Origin: Octopus vulgaris
Taxonomy: Eukaryota
Length of the DNA stretch: 64,000 nucleotides
Assembly: GCA_951406725.2 (NCBI GenBank)
Contig: OX597824.1
Location: 94,984,001 to 95,048,000, forward strand
Direction of reading: 5' to 3'
Every line of letters begins with the position of its first letter. The stretch's first letter is position 1. Positions 40,307-53,088 of this stretch are shown here, piece after piece. Both the position numbers and the translations under genes were made by a program. Under the pieces are notes generated by a model. That model was not told the DNA's origin. It did no database searches and was given only the letters and a program-made list of their open reading frames with translations.

Positions 40307-40850
40307 ATCATCATCATCATCATCGTTTAACGTCCGTTTTCCATGCTAGCATGGGTTGGCCGATTTGATTGAGGACTGGCAAACCAGATGGCTGCACCAG
40401 GCTCCAATCTTGATCAGGCAGAGTTTCTACAGCCGGATGCCCTTCCTAATGCCAACCACTCCGAGAGTGTAGTGGGTGCCTTTTACGTGCCACAGGCACG
40501 GAAGCCACTCAGCTGCTCTGGCAACGATCACGCTCAGATGGTGCTCTTAGCGCTCCACTAGCACGGATGCCAGTCATCGAATTTGATTTCAATTTTGATT
40601 TCACTTGCCTCAACAGGTCTTTGCAAGCAGAGTTTAGTGTCCAATGAAGGAAAGGTACATATAAGTGGGCTGTTTACACCCCTGGCATAGGCCACAGGTT
40701 ATGGTCTCATTTGGCTTGCCAAGTCTTCTCAAGCACATCATATTTCCAAAGGTCTTGGTCACTAGTCATTGCCTCGGTGAGGCCTAATGTTTGAAGGTCG
40801 TGCTTCACCACCTCATCCCAGGTTATCCTGGGTCTACCCCTTCCACCGGT
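40307..40850 (-). mobile_element. 5'-truncated RTE-clade LINE: ORF C-terminus, 3'UTR and (ATG)n tail
   Basis: - strand translates GRGRPRITWDEVVKHDLQTLGLTEAMTSDQDLWKYDVLEKTWQAK* (stop at 40707-09), an RGRP...W...DL...D..W RTE C-terminal pattern. It continues into the abundant AGGAAGGGCATCCAGCTGTAGAAA...(GAT)n repeat. Confidence 0.85.
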
Positions 40851-42791
40851 TTCTTAGGTAAGTGATCATCCCATTGAACAGGACACCAGTTGACCACAGG
40901 CTTACTTGCTTGCAGCAGAGTGGACTGGAGCAAAGTGAAATGAAGTGCTTTCCTGAAGAACATATTGTACTGCCTGGCCTGGGAATCGAAACCACCGTCA
41001 CACAATTTTGAGTGCAGTATCCTTACCACTAGGCTACACATCTTCCACCAAGCATAGACACCTGGACATATGTGGTACTATCTGAACTGAAATGACAAAC
41101 TTGGTCATTTTGTTAGTAACTACTGGCTTTTATGATGTTGGTGGTTAATTAATACAATAGCTTTTCATCAAGGAAAAAATTAAAATAAATTAAATTAAAA
41201 CAACTGAACTCACTTAAAGCTTACATATATATGTTGTGCTTCAGAAGATTCGTCAAGTCAAGCGAAACCGTAGCGGTTGCCAGTATCATGTAAATGACAC
41301 CTGTGAAATTGTAGTTGTGGCAGATGCCAGTGTCGTGTAAAAGGCACCTGCGCCAGTGGTACATAAAAAGCACCGATTACACTCTTGGAGTGGTTGCCAT
41401 TAGGAAGGGCACCCAAGTGTAGAAACCATGGTGCTCTAGCTTGGCCACAATCTAATGACTGAAACCAGTAAAGGACTGAAGACTACCTACACAGCAAGTA
41501 AGCCTATGGTCAACTGGTGTCCTGTTCAACGGGATGGTCACTTATAGGTCATGGAAACCAGGCAACCAGCCCTACATGTCTAAGGATTCAAGAGAACAGT
41601 GTCCATGGAAAGCAGACACTCAATGATGATGATGCAAACATATATATTACCTTATTGCTCCAGCTGGGTTAAAGAAATATCCACAGTACTTGTTGTTTAG
41701 ACCTGCAATAAAAACACTTTTCCATCCATGACCACTCAAAATATTTTAAGGATATATAGGGTGATCTGTGTATGTGCACCTTTTCCTTTTTCTAGATGCT
41801 AGGATGTGAGTTAAGGGAAATTAGGTTGCTATTTCTAGCAGATGATGACCATGTAGTGGCTTTCATATCGATCTGTTCTAGGGTACTTTTTAAAACCGAG
41901 ATGGAGTGACACCCCCCCCCCAACACACACACACCATTATGTACTATGCTGTCCTAGATGTTGGCTGTCCTTGCATACAGGCTTCAGGGTGCTGGTGCCA
42001 CGTAAATGCACCTGTTATAGTGCCGCATAAAAGGCACCCAGCACACTCTGTAAAGTGGTTGGCGTTGGGGAGGGCATCCAGCCACAGAAACCATGCCAAA
42101 GGGAGACATGGAGCCTGGACAGTTCTTCAGCTGGTCAGGTCCTGCCAAACCGTCCAACCCATGCAGCATGGAAAATGGAGATTAAATGATGATGAATAGA
42201 TTTATTTTAGGTAATTGTGTCTAGTTTTTTTAAAGTATTTTTTTCTCTATTCTTTATTCTTTTTTTTTAACTATTTAAATTCTTTTAAAAATTGTCCACA
42301 CCTACTTCAAGTCCATGTGGTTGTTCCTCTATTTGTTTCCGACTGGCACACTTGAAGAGATTCGTGTTGTGTATTTTCTAGATTCACTTGATGAAAGACA
42401 GAATTCGGTTGCCAAGGAAACAGCCGTTGTTAATGCTGAGATTATTTTTCATGAGGATTTGTCGCTAAGATGAATAAATAGCGAGGCATCTGTGTGTGTG
42501 TGCGTGTGTGCGCTTATTTGCGTATAATTACATAGAATAAAACATTCAATATGGAGAATGAATATCAAAGATATTTTTTTACAAAGAAAAGGTTGAAAGT
42601 GACTTTAACCATCAGTGAAGAGCTTCTGTCAACCTCTTGTTTGTGAAAGAAATCTGTCTGTCTGTTTGTCTGTCTATTTGTCTGTCTTTATTCATCCATT
42701 CATCTACGCATGCACACACAAATGCAAGTATACACATGCACAGCACACACACATATACATATGCACCCACGGACGTTAAACGATGGTGATG

Positions 42792-42830
<39 letters not shown>

Positions 42831-43244
42831 AAAAATATAAATTAGAGAGAAAACTACTATTGTGCAATTCAAGCAACGATAGACATAAACCAAATCATAA
42901 ATAAAAAATAAAATATATATAATATAATATATATATAATTGAATTGCATAATAGTGGGTTTTTTCTCAAATTTATATTTCATATATTTATATTGTGAAAT
43001 TTGATTTAATACTAAATTGAATTTTCCCCAGTAAGTTTGAAGGTATACTCCCCAATATTATTATAATTATTATTATTATTATCATATATATATATATATA
43101 TATATGTATATACACACATACATATGCATACATTATCACCATCATCATCCTTTAATGTCCATATTTCCTGATGGCTTGAGTTGGACCATTCAATAGGATC
43201 TGAGAGACTGGAGGACTGCCTTGAGCTCCCTGTGTCTTCTCAGT

Positions 43245-43594
43245 CAGACAAACTGACCCCAGGACTTATTCTTTGTAAATCTAGTACTTATTCTATCGGT
43301 CTGTTTTGCTGAACTGCTAAGTTACTGGGATGTGAACATACCAACATCGGTTGTCAAGCAATGGTGGTGGTGGTGGGAAAACACAGACACAAACCCACAC
43401 ATACATACATACATATAGGCGTAGGAGTGGCTGTGTGGTAAGTAGCTTGCTTACCAACCACATGGTTCCGGGTTCAGTCCCACTGCGTGGCATCTTGGGC
43501 AAGTGTCTTCTACTACTTGCCTTGGGCCGACCAAAGCCTTGTGAGTGGATTTGGTAGACGGAAACTGAAAGAAGACCGTCGTATGTGTGTGTGA

Positions 43595-43640
<46 letters not shown>

Positions 43641-43922
43641 GTTGTATACTGTCAATCTAACAAGAACATGACAATAGGGGGTACACCACCATATATATAT
43701 ATATATACATATGTGTGTCTGTGTTTGTCCCCCCAACATCGCTTGACAACCAATGCTGGTGTGTTTGCGTCCCTGTAACTTAGCGGTTCGCCATAAGAGA
43801 CCGATAGAATAGGTATGAGGCTTACAAAGAATAAGTCCTGGGAGTCAATTTGCTCGACTAAAGGTGGTGCTCTAGCATGGCCACAGTCAAATGACTAACA
43901 AGTAAAAGAGTAAAAAGAGAGA

Positions 43923-43960
<38 letters not shown>

Positions 43961-44118
43961 CAGTCTTTTTCAGTTTCCGTCTACCAAATGCACTCACAAG
44001 GCTTTGGTCGGCCTGAGGCTATAGTAGAAGACTCTTGCCCAAGGTGCCATGCAGTGGGACTGAACCTGGGACCATACAGTTGGGAAGAAGGCTTCTTACC
44101 TCACAGCCACACCTGCAC
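43245..44118. mobile_element. Nested S1 SINEs: a + copy (43417-43923) inside the microsatellite of a - copy
   Basis: - strand 3' half at 43245-43400 and - strand 5' half at 43958-44118, with a complete + copy between them. Confidence 0.85.
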
Positions 44119-44826
44119 TAACATTCCACATTATTATTTTTTTTTTAAATGAATTGAAATAAAAGTAAAATACAGAAGCAAAAATATGGTAACAAAAAGA
44201 TTAAACAAGGAAAGAAATTTAGCAAAATGAGAAACCTTTTACTTATGCAGCATTTTAGCAGAGCCTGTTTCCATGCTAAATTGCGGCTTATGACAGTTTA
44301 AACCAGTGCCTTCTTACTGCAGGTTTTCTCAGAAGCTTGGAATGAAGATCTTAATATGCCACACCTCTCATAACTGTGTATTTTGATATGTTGGCACTCC
44401 TAGCAACCGTATACATATGAATGCCACACCAAACCTTCATTTAATATACTAAAAACGGTTACTTTCACAGGAATAGAAAGAGATGCAACCAATGAAATGG
44501 TTTTTGTCACGAAATAAAACAGGATTTCATCAGGTGCATTCGAACACATCAGAAAAAGTAAACCAAACTATATGAACAGTTTATAGAATAAGGCACAGGA
44601 AGTGAACAGTGAATAAGTCTTCAAATAATAATAATAATAATAATAATAATATTTATCTTGATATGAGATCACCATGTCACGCAGATATGGTTGTGATGCA
44701 CGTGCCTGGTGTACCCTTATCAGACGGGTAGTCATGATAGGTATACTGGGCTTCGTATATTTTACCCCAGTGTCACTTTGATGGCATGCACTGCTCTCTC
44801 ACTCCATAATAATAATAATAATAATA

Positions 44827-44871
<45 letters not shown>

Positions 44872-45407
44872 GGGGTGTGGTTTGGGAATCAAGTGTATCT
44901 GTTGGTGAATTTCAGGAAGCATGGAAGTTTTGAAGGATGTTGTATCTTGACAGGTAACAACTGATATAAGTAGTTTATTCCCATGCTTCATCAATTCTGA
45001 GTGTGAAAACAAATGTTTCTGAAAGTCATGGATGCTGTGTTGTTTTTATGATTTTGTAAGCATGTCCATGAGTGTTAGATGAATGGAATTCAGAAAGGTG
45101 CCTTAGGTTGTTGTTGGAAAGATGATGGATAATTTTATAAATAATGATGAAAGATGTCGGCTACATTGTTTGTTTTAGCTAATGAAAGACAGGACCACTT
45201 GATGTAATATTTCCAACATAAATGTGTTTGAGATGTTTCTAGCCCTACCAAAATGTTACAGTTGTTAATCTTTATATCTAGCTAAATGTGGCTGCCTTGT
45301 CAGAACACCAATTACTGCGTTATTAGCCTTGAGAGATCCTCCTGTATAGGCACTTGCTGCATAAAAGCACATGTCACTAATAATTAATTAGAGTAATTGC
45401 TGTTTAA

Positions 45408-45882
45408 CCTTTGAGCATTCAGATTAATCTGTCAAATGTAATGCTTATTTATTCATATTGTTTTGAATTAACCGTTATCTTTTAGCTTCCAAATTTCAAT
45501 GATGTGATTGTTCATTTTTTGTGTGACATTGTAGGGTAGGTGTAAGAAGCCGGATTTGGCCAGTTTAACCCTTTCGTTGCCGTATTTATTTCGAGATGCT
45601 CTGTGTTTCTTTCAATTACTTTAAATATAACAAAGAATTTAGTAAAATAACTTTGTCATCATTAAGCTAGTTTTGGGAAGATAAACTGTGACTAAGGTTT
45701 CGTGGCAGATTTTAATTCAGAACTTATGAAAACAAGACATTTGTACTCAGAGCCGGTTTCAGCCGGGTTGGTATCGAAAGGGTTAAACATGAAACAAGAA
45801 TATTTGGGCCAAATATGGCCAGTTTGAGCATAAAACAAGTATAATATTTGGGTTAGATGTGGCTGGTTTGAATATTAAAGGT
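45408..45882. mobile_element. piggyBac-type MITE P2 (host of the nested P1)
   Basis: TTAA at 45404-07 and 45883-86; body homologous to 9129-9349 once the P1 insert is removed. Confidence 0.75.
45569..45782. mobile_element. piggyBac-type MITE P1 nested in a P2 MITE
   Basis: TTAA at 45565-68 and 45783-86; internal sequence matches the other P1 copies. Confidence 0.88.
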
Positions 45883-46144
45883 TTAAAGACACATCAACAT
45901 GCACAAGCACTCGACTGCCTACAAACACATGAATTGTGAATGCAATTATATGAAATGAAGGACATAGAACAAATAAATAAGGTCATGAAAACAAGAACAA
46001 GTTAAGTGGGCAATCATCCACCCCCACACTTAACTGTTTTGTAATCTGACTTCCCCACTTAACTTGGTCCAAAAGCAAAGCAGCCCAGAATCATTCTCTC
46101 CTCTTTTCTTCATCAACATAGCTTTATTTATTTATTTATCTGTC

Positions 46145-46390
46145 TCAGAGAGATATAATCTGGCAGGAGGCAGAAGACATGTCTGTACTGGGGGGTTTAT
46201 TCTTGTTTGATGCAGCAGCTGCAGGCTGGAGGATGCTCTGTGGCAGGCCCTGCACCAGATGGCTGGATGTATTTCTGGAAGATCTCCTGAGGCTCAGCAT
46301 CATCTTGGAGGATGCAGAGAGGCTGGTACAGGACAGACCAACAGCGATGGTGGCCACTGGTGCACCCTGTCAGCTTTACACATGATGACC
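46145..46390 (+). mobile_element. Decayed RTE-clade LINE 3' remnant (third family)
   Basis: GWRMLCGRPCTRWLDVFLEDL...AERLVQDR resembles RTE 'GW.R.RGRP..RW.D....DL...A..LAQDR'. Confidence 0.65.
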
Positions 46391-46723
46391 CCAGCCCCAT
46401 CAAGCAGAGAGGTGTTGGGTGGGGCTGGAGCTAAAGATGGGGGTAGAGTCAGATGTTAAAAGAAATGATGAGGATTGTGAAATAAGAAAGTTATGCTAAC
46501 CATTCTGTTACGTATCTTTTCATTCTTTTTTCTTGTTTCAGTCATTAGACTGTGGCCATGCTGGGGCACCGCTTTGAAGAGTCTTTAGTCAAAAAAATCA
46601 ACACTTGTACTTATTTTTATCTTATCCTATTAGTCTCTTTTGCTGAACTGCTATAGGGATGTAAACACACCAACATTGGATGTCAAGTGGTAGGGAGTAG
46701 GATGATAGACACAAACATCTGTC

Positions 46724-46815
<92 letters not shown>

Positions 46816-47250
46816 GACATGATGGGCTTCCATATAGTTTCCATTCTCCATCTACTAAATCATTCACAAAGCATTGGTCAGCCTGAGGCTATTGTAGAAG
46901 ACAGTTGCCATGCAGTGGGTCTGAGCTATAGAAACTGCACGCTTGCAAGCTGGGCTTCTTAACCACGCAGCCGATGTAGGTTAAGCTATATTGCTTAGTC
47001 AGCAGCCAAGTCTTGTGTTGATTTTCATCTTTAAATCAGGAATTGTGTTTTCCCTCTTATTTTTTAAAGATGATAATGAGATTCAATTCATTTTGCAAGA
47101 TTCCTGATGTGATAATGAGATTGTTGAGAGATTTGGCAGCTACGACGACAAGTCAGCTGACTAGGTGGAAATGTACTTACAAAGTTCTCTTTGCCTGATG
47201 GTGAGCAATAATGATGAGGATGATGGTGAGGACGATGATTATTATTATTA

Positions 47251-47445
47251 TTACCTCTGCCTTAGCGAAGGTGGAGGTATTGTTTTCAGTTGTGTTTGTT
47301 TGTTTGTCTGTCTGTGGACAAGATATCTCAAGAACCGCTGGATGGATTCAGATGAAACTTTCAGGGATGTTTGGCCTTGTGACTGGCACAAACTGATTAG
47401 ATTTTGGGATTGATCCAGTACTGGACAAGGATTCTGGATTATTTG
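47251..47445 (+). mobile_element. HINE/DINE-1-like (Helentron-associated) element, 5' part
   Basis: Subterminal inverted repeat TACCTCTGCCTT...AAGGTGGAGGTA followed by a (GTTT/GTCT)n tract, the typical HINE layout. Confidence 0.65.
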
Positions 47446-48344
47446 CTATATTTACTTTACATGAAGTATTATGATCTTATGTTCACTTTCAAGTCTTTCT
47501 CTGATTATCTCCCTTGAAAGAACACACCTGGTTTCCACGTAAATTATGGTGGCATTGCTGTTTCCAAAGTTTTATTTTTGTTTCTCTATTATTAATTTTA
47601 CTCGTGCCTCTATCTTCGTAGAAACTGATGGATAAAGAAATCAAACTACATAAACAAACGGCAGCAAAACCGTTCAGAATAATAATACTGTTACGAATGA
47701 GCAGAAGCTAGAAATACCGTTCCGTTCCATGAAATGCTTCTGGTTTCGTCTATTATTCTGCTTGTTTATATTTCTCTGTTCCCATTGTTCCAACACGCAA
47801 TTTTCATCTAAATCATCATCGTTATATATTGGGTTTGAAAATCACTCTTAATGCATATTCCTCTTAATAACAGGTTTGTCCAGTTTCAAACAGATTCTCC
47901 TGCATTTTCAACATATTTTGTTACGCTTGTGAGCAAATAGAATAGCTTGAGTAATTCTCTTCGTGTGGAGCAAGCCGACCAGAATGATGTTTTAGGGAGT
48001 GATACCACCGTACAAGCCAATGAAATTGCCCGTCTCGTTAAATGTAAAAGGATTTTACTAATTATAGCCATATTTGATTACTGCATAGATTTTGATAGCA
48101 AAGGTTGATTGGATAAATGAAGGCAACTGAGCTAAAAGCACGGCTAAAGAAATAAATCCTGTTTTAGTGTTAATCTCTTGCGTTATGCAAATGTGTGTCA
48201 TTACTTAAATTTTTTTAGTGATATATAAAAGGGAGTCTGTGTATATCTCTGTAGCAGTCTATGAAATAGTGTCTCTGGAAAGCCTGTGGTAGTATATAAA
48301 GTTGTACTTTTACATCTCAGTTTGACTCTGTCATAGTATATATA

Positions 48345-48739
48345 TATTCTTTTATTCTTTCACTTGTTTCAGTCATTGGACTGTGGCCATACTGGAACAC
48401 TGCCTTTAGTCGCAGAAATTGACCACTGGACTTATTTTTTGTAAGCCTAGTATTTATTTCCGAGTATTTATTTTGCTGAGCTGCTAAGTTACGGGGACAT
48501 AAACACACCAACATTGGTTGTCAAGCGATGGTGGGGAGACATACAAATACATACGTATATATATATATATATATACAATGGGATTCTTTCAGTTTCCATC
48601 TACCAAATCTGCTCACAAGGCTTTGGTCAGCCTGAGGCTATAGAAGAAGAAACTCGCCCAAGGTGCAATGCAGTGGGACTGAACTCGGAACCATGTGGTT
48701 GGAAAGCAAGCTTCTTACCACACAGCCACTCCTGCGCCT
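48345..48739 (-). mobile_element. SINE S1 directly downstream of tRNA-Glu
   Basis: Head AGGCGCAGGAGTGGCTG begins immediately after the tRNA T6 terminator. Confidence 0.9.
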
Positions 48740-48745
48740 AAAAAA
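48740..48745 (-). terminator. Pol III terminator (T6) of tRNA-Glu
   Basis: TTTTTT on the - strand 6 nt after the discriminator base. Confidence 0.8.
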
Positions 48746-48751
48746 TTAACA

Positions 48752-48823
48752 TTCCCATGCCGGGAATCGAACCCGGGCTGTCTGGGTGAAAGCCAGGAAT
48801 CCGAACCACTAGACCACATGGGA
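48752..48823 (-). tRNA. tRNA-Glu (anticodon TTC)
   Basis: 72 nt cloverleaf TCCCATG-TG-GTCT-AGTGGTTC-GGAT-T-CCTGG-CT-TTC-AC-CCAGA-CAGC-CCGGG-TTCGATT-CCCGG-CATGGGA-A. Perfect acceptor and T stems, intact A and B boxes, one C:A mismatch at the top of the anticodon stem. Confidence 0.93.
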
Positions 48824-50523
48824 GGAATTCTAACCACTATACACATGCATGCACACACAAGCTAATACTGACTGGGGAGAATGAGTGCTCAATGCTGCAT
48901 TGGTGGATAAATATTCTTTATTTGTGAGTTAACAAGGCTACCATTGGTTTCATGTTGAGAGTCCTCAGCAGTTATCAAGCCTATCATATGGGATGTTGGT
49001 ACACATCTCTATCTTATATATATATATATATCTGTTGATTCACTGGAAGCAATAAATTGCAGCACTCAATACGCATGTAAAGTATTCTTTAATACATTAT
49101 AACTGTCAGACTCCATTTCCAGTATTGAGGGTTACTCATTTCCAATCATCAGCTGTGGATATTTCTGAAGAAAATTAGGCTTGGTTTACCAGCCGATGAT
49201 CGGAAACGAGTAACTTTGAGCACTAGAAATCAGAGCCTTTGGACTCCCCTGGCACCTGTGCAGGTGGCACGTAAAAAGCACCCACTACACTCGCGGAGTG
49301 GTTGGCGTTAGGAAGGGCATCCAGCTGTAGAAACACTGCCAGATCAGACTGAAGCCTGGCGCAGACCCTGGCTTCCCAGACCCCGGTCGAACCGTCCAAC
49401 CCGTGCTAGCGCGGAAAACGGACGTTAAACGATGATGATAATATATATATAGTTTGATTTGAAATCCTTGGTACTCTGAGTTTCAAGCATGATGCTAATT
49501 TTTGTTCAAGTGGTACTGTTGTGGTTGTTTGCCCTTAGTTGTGTGGGAAGTGGTGCCCTCTGTGTAAGTTTCTCGTATTTTGCGTTTTGGTTGTTTTTCT
49601 AAGATATAACAGTATATAAAATGGTATGTTTTAGCGCCAGGTGAAAAGTAATCAAGCAGATTTATAATTTAAAAGTATTTTACACATGCTCATCACATTT
49701 GTTTAGGATTTCCTACATCTCTAACACCAAATGTGTCTTTTCTTCTTTTCAAACAATTTAAAGAAAATTTGGCTGCTATTTCTAGCTGGTCAAGTGACCC
49801 CGTAGAGGCTTCCTTGCTAGCTTATGGTTATTATTGCTCTAGCTATTGTTGATGATTAAATAAAAAAAAATTAATCTCCCTTAAGTATCTGATGTCTAAC
49901 ACAGGTTTAAAGGAATTATACAGATGAGATAAATCTTCTCCTAGGTAGGGCACTGTTGTCTTTAAGGCCAGATACCAGAAGATCTGGTGTTTTCCTAGTG
50001 AACTGAGGAATGTAGAATCAAATATACAGCTAAAATATACTCACCTCTTTTCTCCTAAAAAAAAAAACCTACAGTGAATTTCAGCTTGTAATCAAATACC
50101 ATATTCATTTAGCCTGTCCTTTCATTTGCACAAATGTCATTAATTAGATTGAAGTCGGCTCTTTTCACACTGATGTCTTATTGTACAGTGATAACTGAGT
50201 GAGTGTTTAGAGAGTCATACACATACATAGATCAAAGACAGCTGATGTGTTGTGTGTCTTTATCTGATCTGATCTATCACACTACGGCCTTTGTCAAATA
50301 GTCACAGTTGTGTGGGATGCAGCAGAGTTGTCAGTCAGCAGAATGAAATCTAGTTTTCTGCCCAGCATGCTTTTTATACAGAGTCTGTCACAAAATAGTG
50401 ATGCTCCTTCCTGTGTGGTGGGCGGAATGATGTAAAAGTTCTGTTGCATTAAATTTCTTGTGGCTTGACTAGCATTCTGTTGGAAATGTATTTTAATATG
50501 TCCCTTGTTAGGGAGGAAGCAGT

Positions 50524-50860
50524 GAAGGCACATGGCTCAGTGGTTAGAGCATCGATCTTATGACCGTGGCGTTGTGAGTTCGAATCCCGGACCGGGCTGC
50601 GTGTTGTGTTCTTGAGCAAGACACTTTATTTCACGTTGCTCCAGTTAACTCAGCTGTAGAAATGAGTTGTGACATCACTGGTACCAAGCTGTATCGGCCC
50701 CTTTGCCTTTCCCTTGGATAAGGTCGATGGCATGGAGAGGTGAGACCGGTATGCATGGGCGACTGCTAGTCTTCCATAAACAACCTTGCCCGGACTTGTG
50801 CCTAGGAGGGTAACTTTGTAAGTGCAATCCCATGGTCATTCGTGACCGAAGGGGGTCTCC
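50524..50860 (+). mobile_element. SINE S3 variant with a different 3' body
   Basis: Same head and CTTGAGCAAGACACTT segment; distinct tail ending in a GGTCA-TTCG-TGACC hairpin. Confidence 0.8.
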
Positions 50861-51449
50861 AATATCCAGTGTGAAACTCCTCAAATTGGAGGGTACAGAA
50901 TGGAAGAGTGCTGGAAAAAGGGGGTGGAGAGGATTTGTTTTGGCTCTCATTGCCAGTACCACCTGACTGGCTTCCATGCTGGTGGCATGTAAAAAGCAGC
51001 ATTCAAGTGTGGCCAATGCCAGTACCACCCAACTGGCCCTCGTGCCAGTAGCACGTAAAAAGCACCCACTACACTTTTTGGAGTGGTTGGCATTAGGAAG
51101 GGCATCCAGCTGTAGAAACTTTGCCAGATCAGATTGGAGCCTGGTGCAGTCTTCTGGCTTGCCAGCCCTCAGTCAAACTGTCCAGCCCATGCCAGCATGG
51201 AAAGCAGACGTTAAACGATGATGATGATGATGAGTAAATAAATATGACATGTGTCACAATTTATGTTCCTGACACTAGCTTAATGATAACAAAGTTATTT
51301 TACTAAATTCTTTTTTATATTTAAAATTAATTGACAGAAACACAGAGCATCTCAACAGAAATTCGGTAACAAAAGGGTTAATTCTTAACATAGCATCAAG
51401 AAATTATATTTAAGAATATGAATAATAATTCTTATTTCTTATCCTAACA

Positions 51450-51824
51450 CTAGCAGTATCGCCTGGCGTTGCTCAGGTTTGTAAGGGAAATAACTATAAA
51501 GCATTTTTAGAGAGTTATAGCCAAAAAATAGAAAAAAAATGATGGTAAATTTTTTTTTTCAGAGTTAAAAAAGGTGGAGTTGCGTCCCCTAGACGGTCTG
51601 TGGTTTGGGTTTCTGATTCTCAACCCCATGTCGAATTTATCGATTTTTTTCAGAACTGGGGGAACTTTTCAAAATTTTCGCTGCGTTAGTTTTGAATTAT
51701 GATATTGGGCTATGTGTGTGTCAAGTTTCATCAAAATCGGTTGAAAGCCGTGGTCAGAGTGAGGGTACGAGAAAACAGACACACAGAAAACGCACAGACA
51801 AACTGCCGTTTATATAGAGAGAGA
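51450..51824 (-). mobile_element. Non-autonomous Helitron (same 3' end, different 5' part)
   Basis: - strand begins TCTCTCTCTATATAA and ends CCTGAGCAACGCCAGGCGATACTGCTAG. About 65 bp of the 3' end is shared with 52503-53089. Confidence 0.8.
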
Positions 51825-51835
51825 TAAAGAAGTAT

Positions 51836-52125
51836 CATACATATACAGACACGTAATTATATACACATACATACAAATACAGATACATAATTATATACAC
51901 ATACATATACAGATACATAATTATATACACATACATACATATACAGATACATAATTATATACACATACATACATATATAAATACATAATTATATACACAT
52001 ACATACATATACAGACACATAATTATATACACATACATACAAATACAGATACATAATTATATACACATACATACATATACAGATACTTAATTATATACAC
52101 ATATATACATGCATACACAGACATA
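51836..52125. repeat. Minisatellite, ~30-38 bp unit TACAGATACATAATTATATACACATACA(TACA)n
   Basis: About 8 tandem units between the two Helitrons. Confidence 0.9.
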
Positions 52126-52396
52126 TAGAGGCTAACACAGAGAGAGGAGTTATGTGAAAATATTTCAAGTATTAATTGATGGTTCTTGAAATATTATATA
52201 ATGTGTCGGCCTATTTTAACGAGATAACACACCACAGCAGTAATAATTGTTATTTCTGTTATGTGTATATAGTATGACCTGTAAAATATGAGTTATTTTT
52301 CAAATGGCCTTTTAAATTGCACTGCACTTCAGTTCTGACTAGCTTTCTCACAAAAACTGTCTCTGTCTCAAGCTGGTTGTGAATAGATTACTCCTA

Positions 52397-52487
<91 letters not shown>

Positions 52488-52502
52488 GTATATATATATA
52501 TA

Positions 52503-53088
52503 TCTTTATATATAAAAGTGAGGTTGTGTGCTGTCTGTCTCCTACGATTTAGATTCCTAACTACTCCCACATTTTGCGGTGCAGTTTAACCAAAAGCGGG
52601 TATTTTATAGTCGTGATTCATATCGAGCCCTTCTGGGTATTAGCGCACGTCTACGATGAGTCTACGATTTAAAAAAAAATTTACCATCATTTTTTTCCAT
52701 TTTAATGCATTTTTTTCGCTATTATATAGGGAAGTAACTCTCTAAAAATGTCTACGATGAGTCAACGATTTTAAAAAAAGATTACCATCATTTTTTTCCA
52801 TTTTAATGCATTTTTCGCTATTATATAAGGGAAGTAACTCTCTAAAAATGTCTACGATGTCTACGATTTAAAAAAAAATTTACCATCAATTTTCCCCAAT
52901 TTTGGCATATATAAGGGAAGTAACTCTCTAAAAATTTATTATTAAATCTCAGAACGTAAAAAGCTACAGTAACACCACCACCCCCTTGTGGTTAACCATA
53001 TTGAGATGGCTATTATACTTTACATCTCTAAAAATGCTTATATAGTTATTTCCCTTACAAACCCGAGCAACGCCGGGCGATACTGCTA

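Noticed and set aside
42381-42480. Terminal-exon-like segment with AATAAA; also a TTGATGA...GAAAC-AGCC-GTT HHR-like spacing
   Set aside because: The open frame is phase 1 and incompatible with exon 1. The HHR core has a C3U change, no clear helix II and a non-palindromic helix III.
52650-52935. Regularly spaced repeats superficially like a CRISPR array (also 1850-2128 and 56872-56990)
   Set aside because: No unique spacers, eukaryotic context and no cas genes. Plain tandem repeats.
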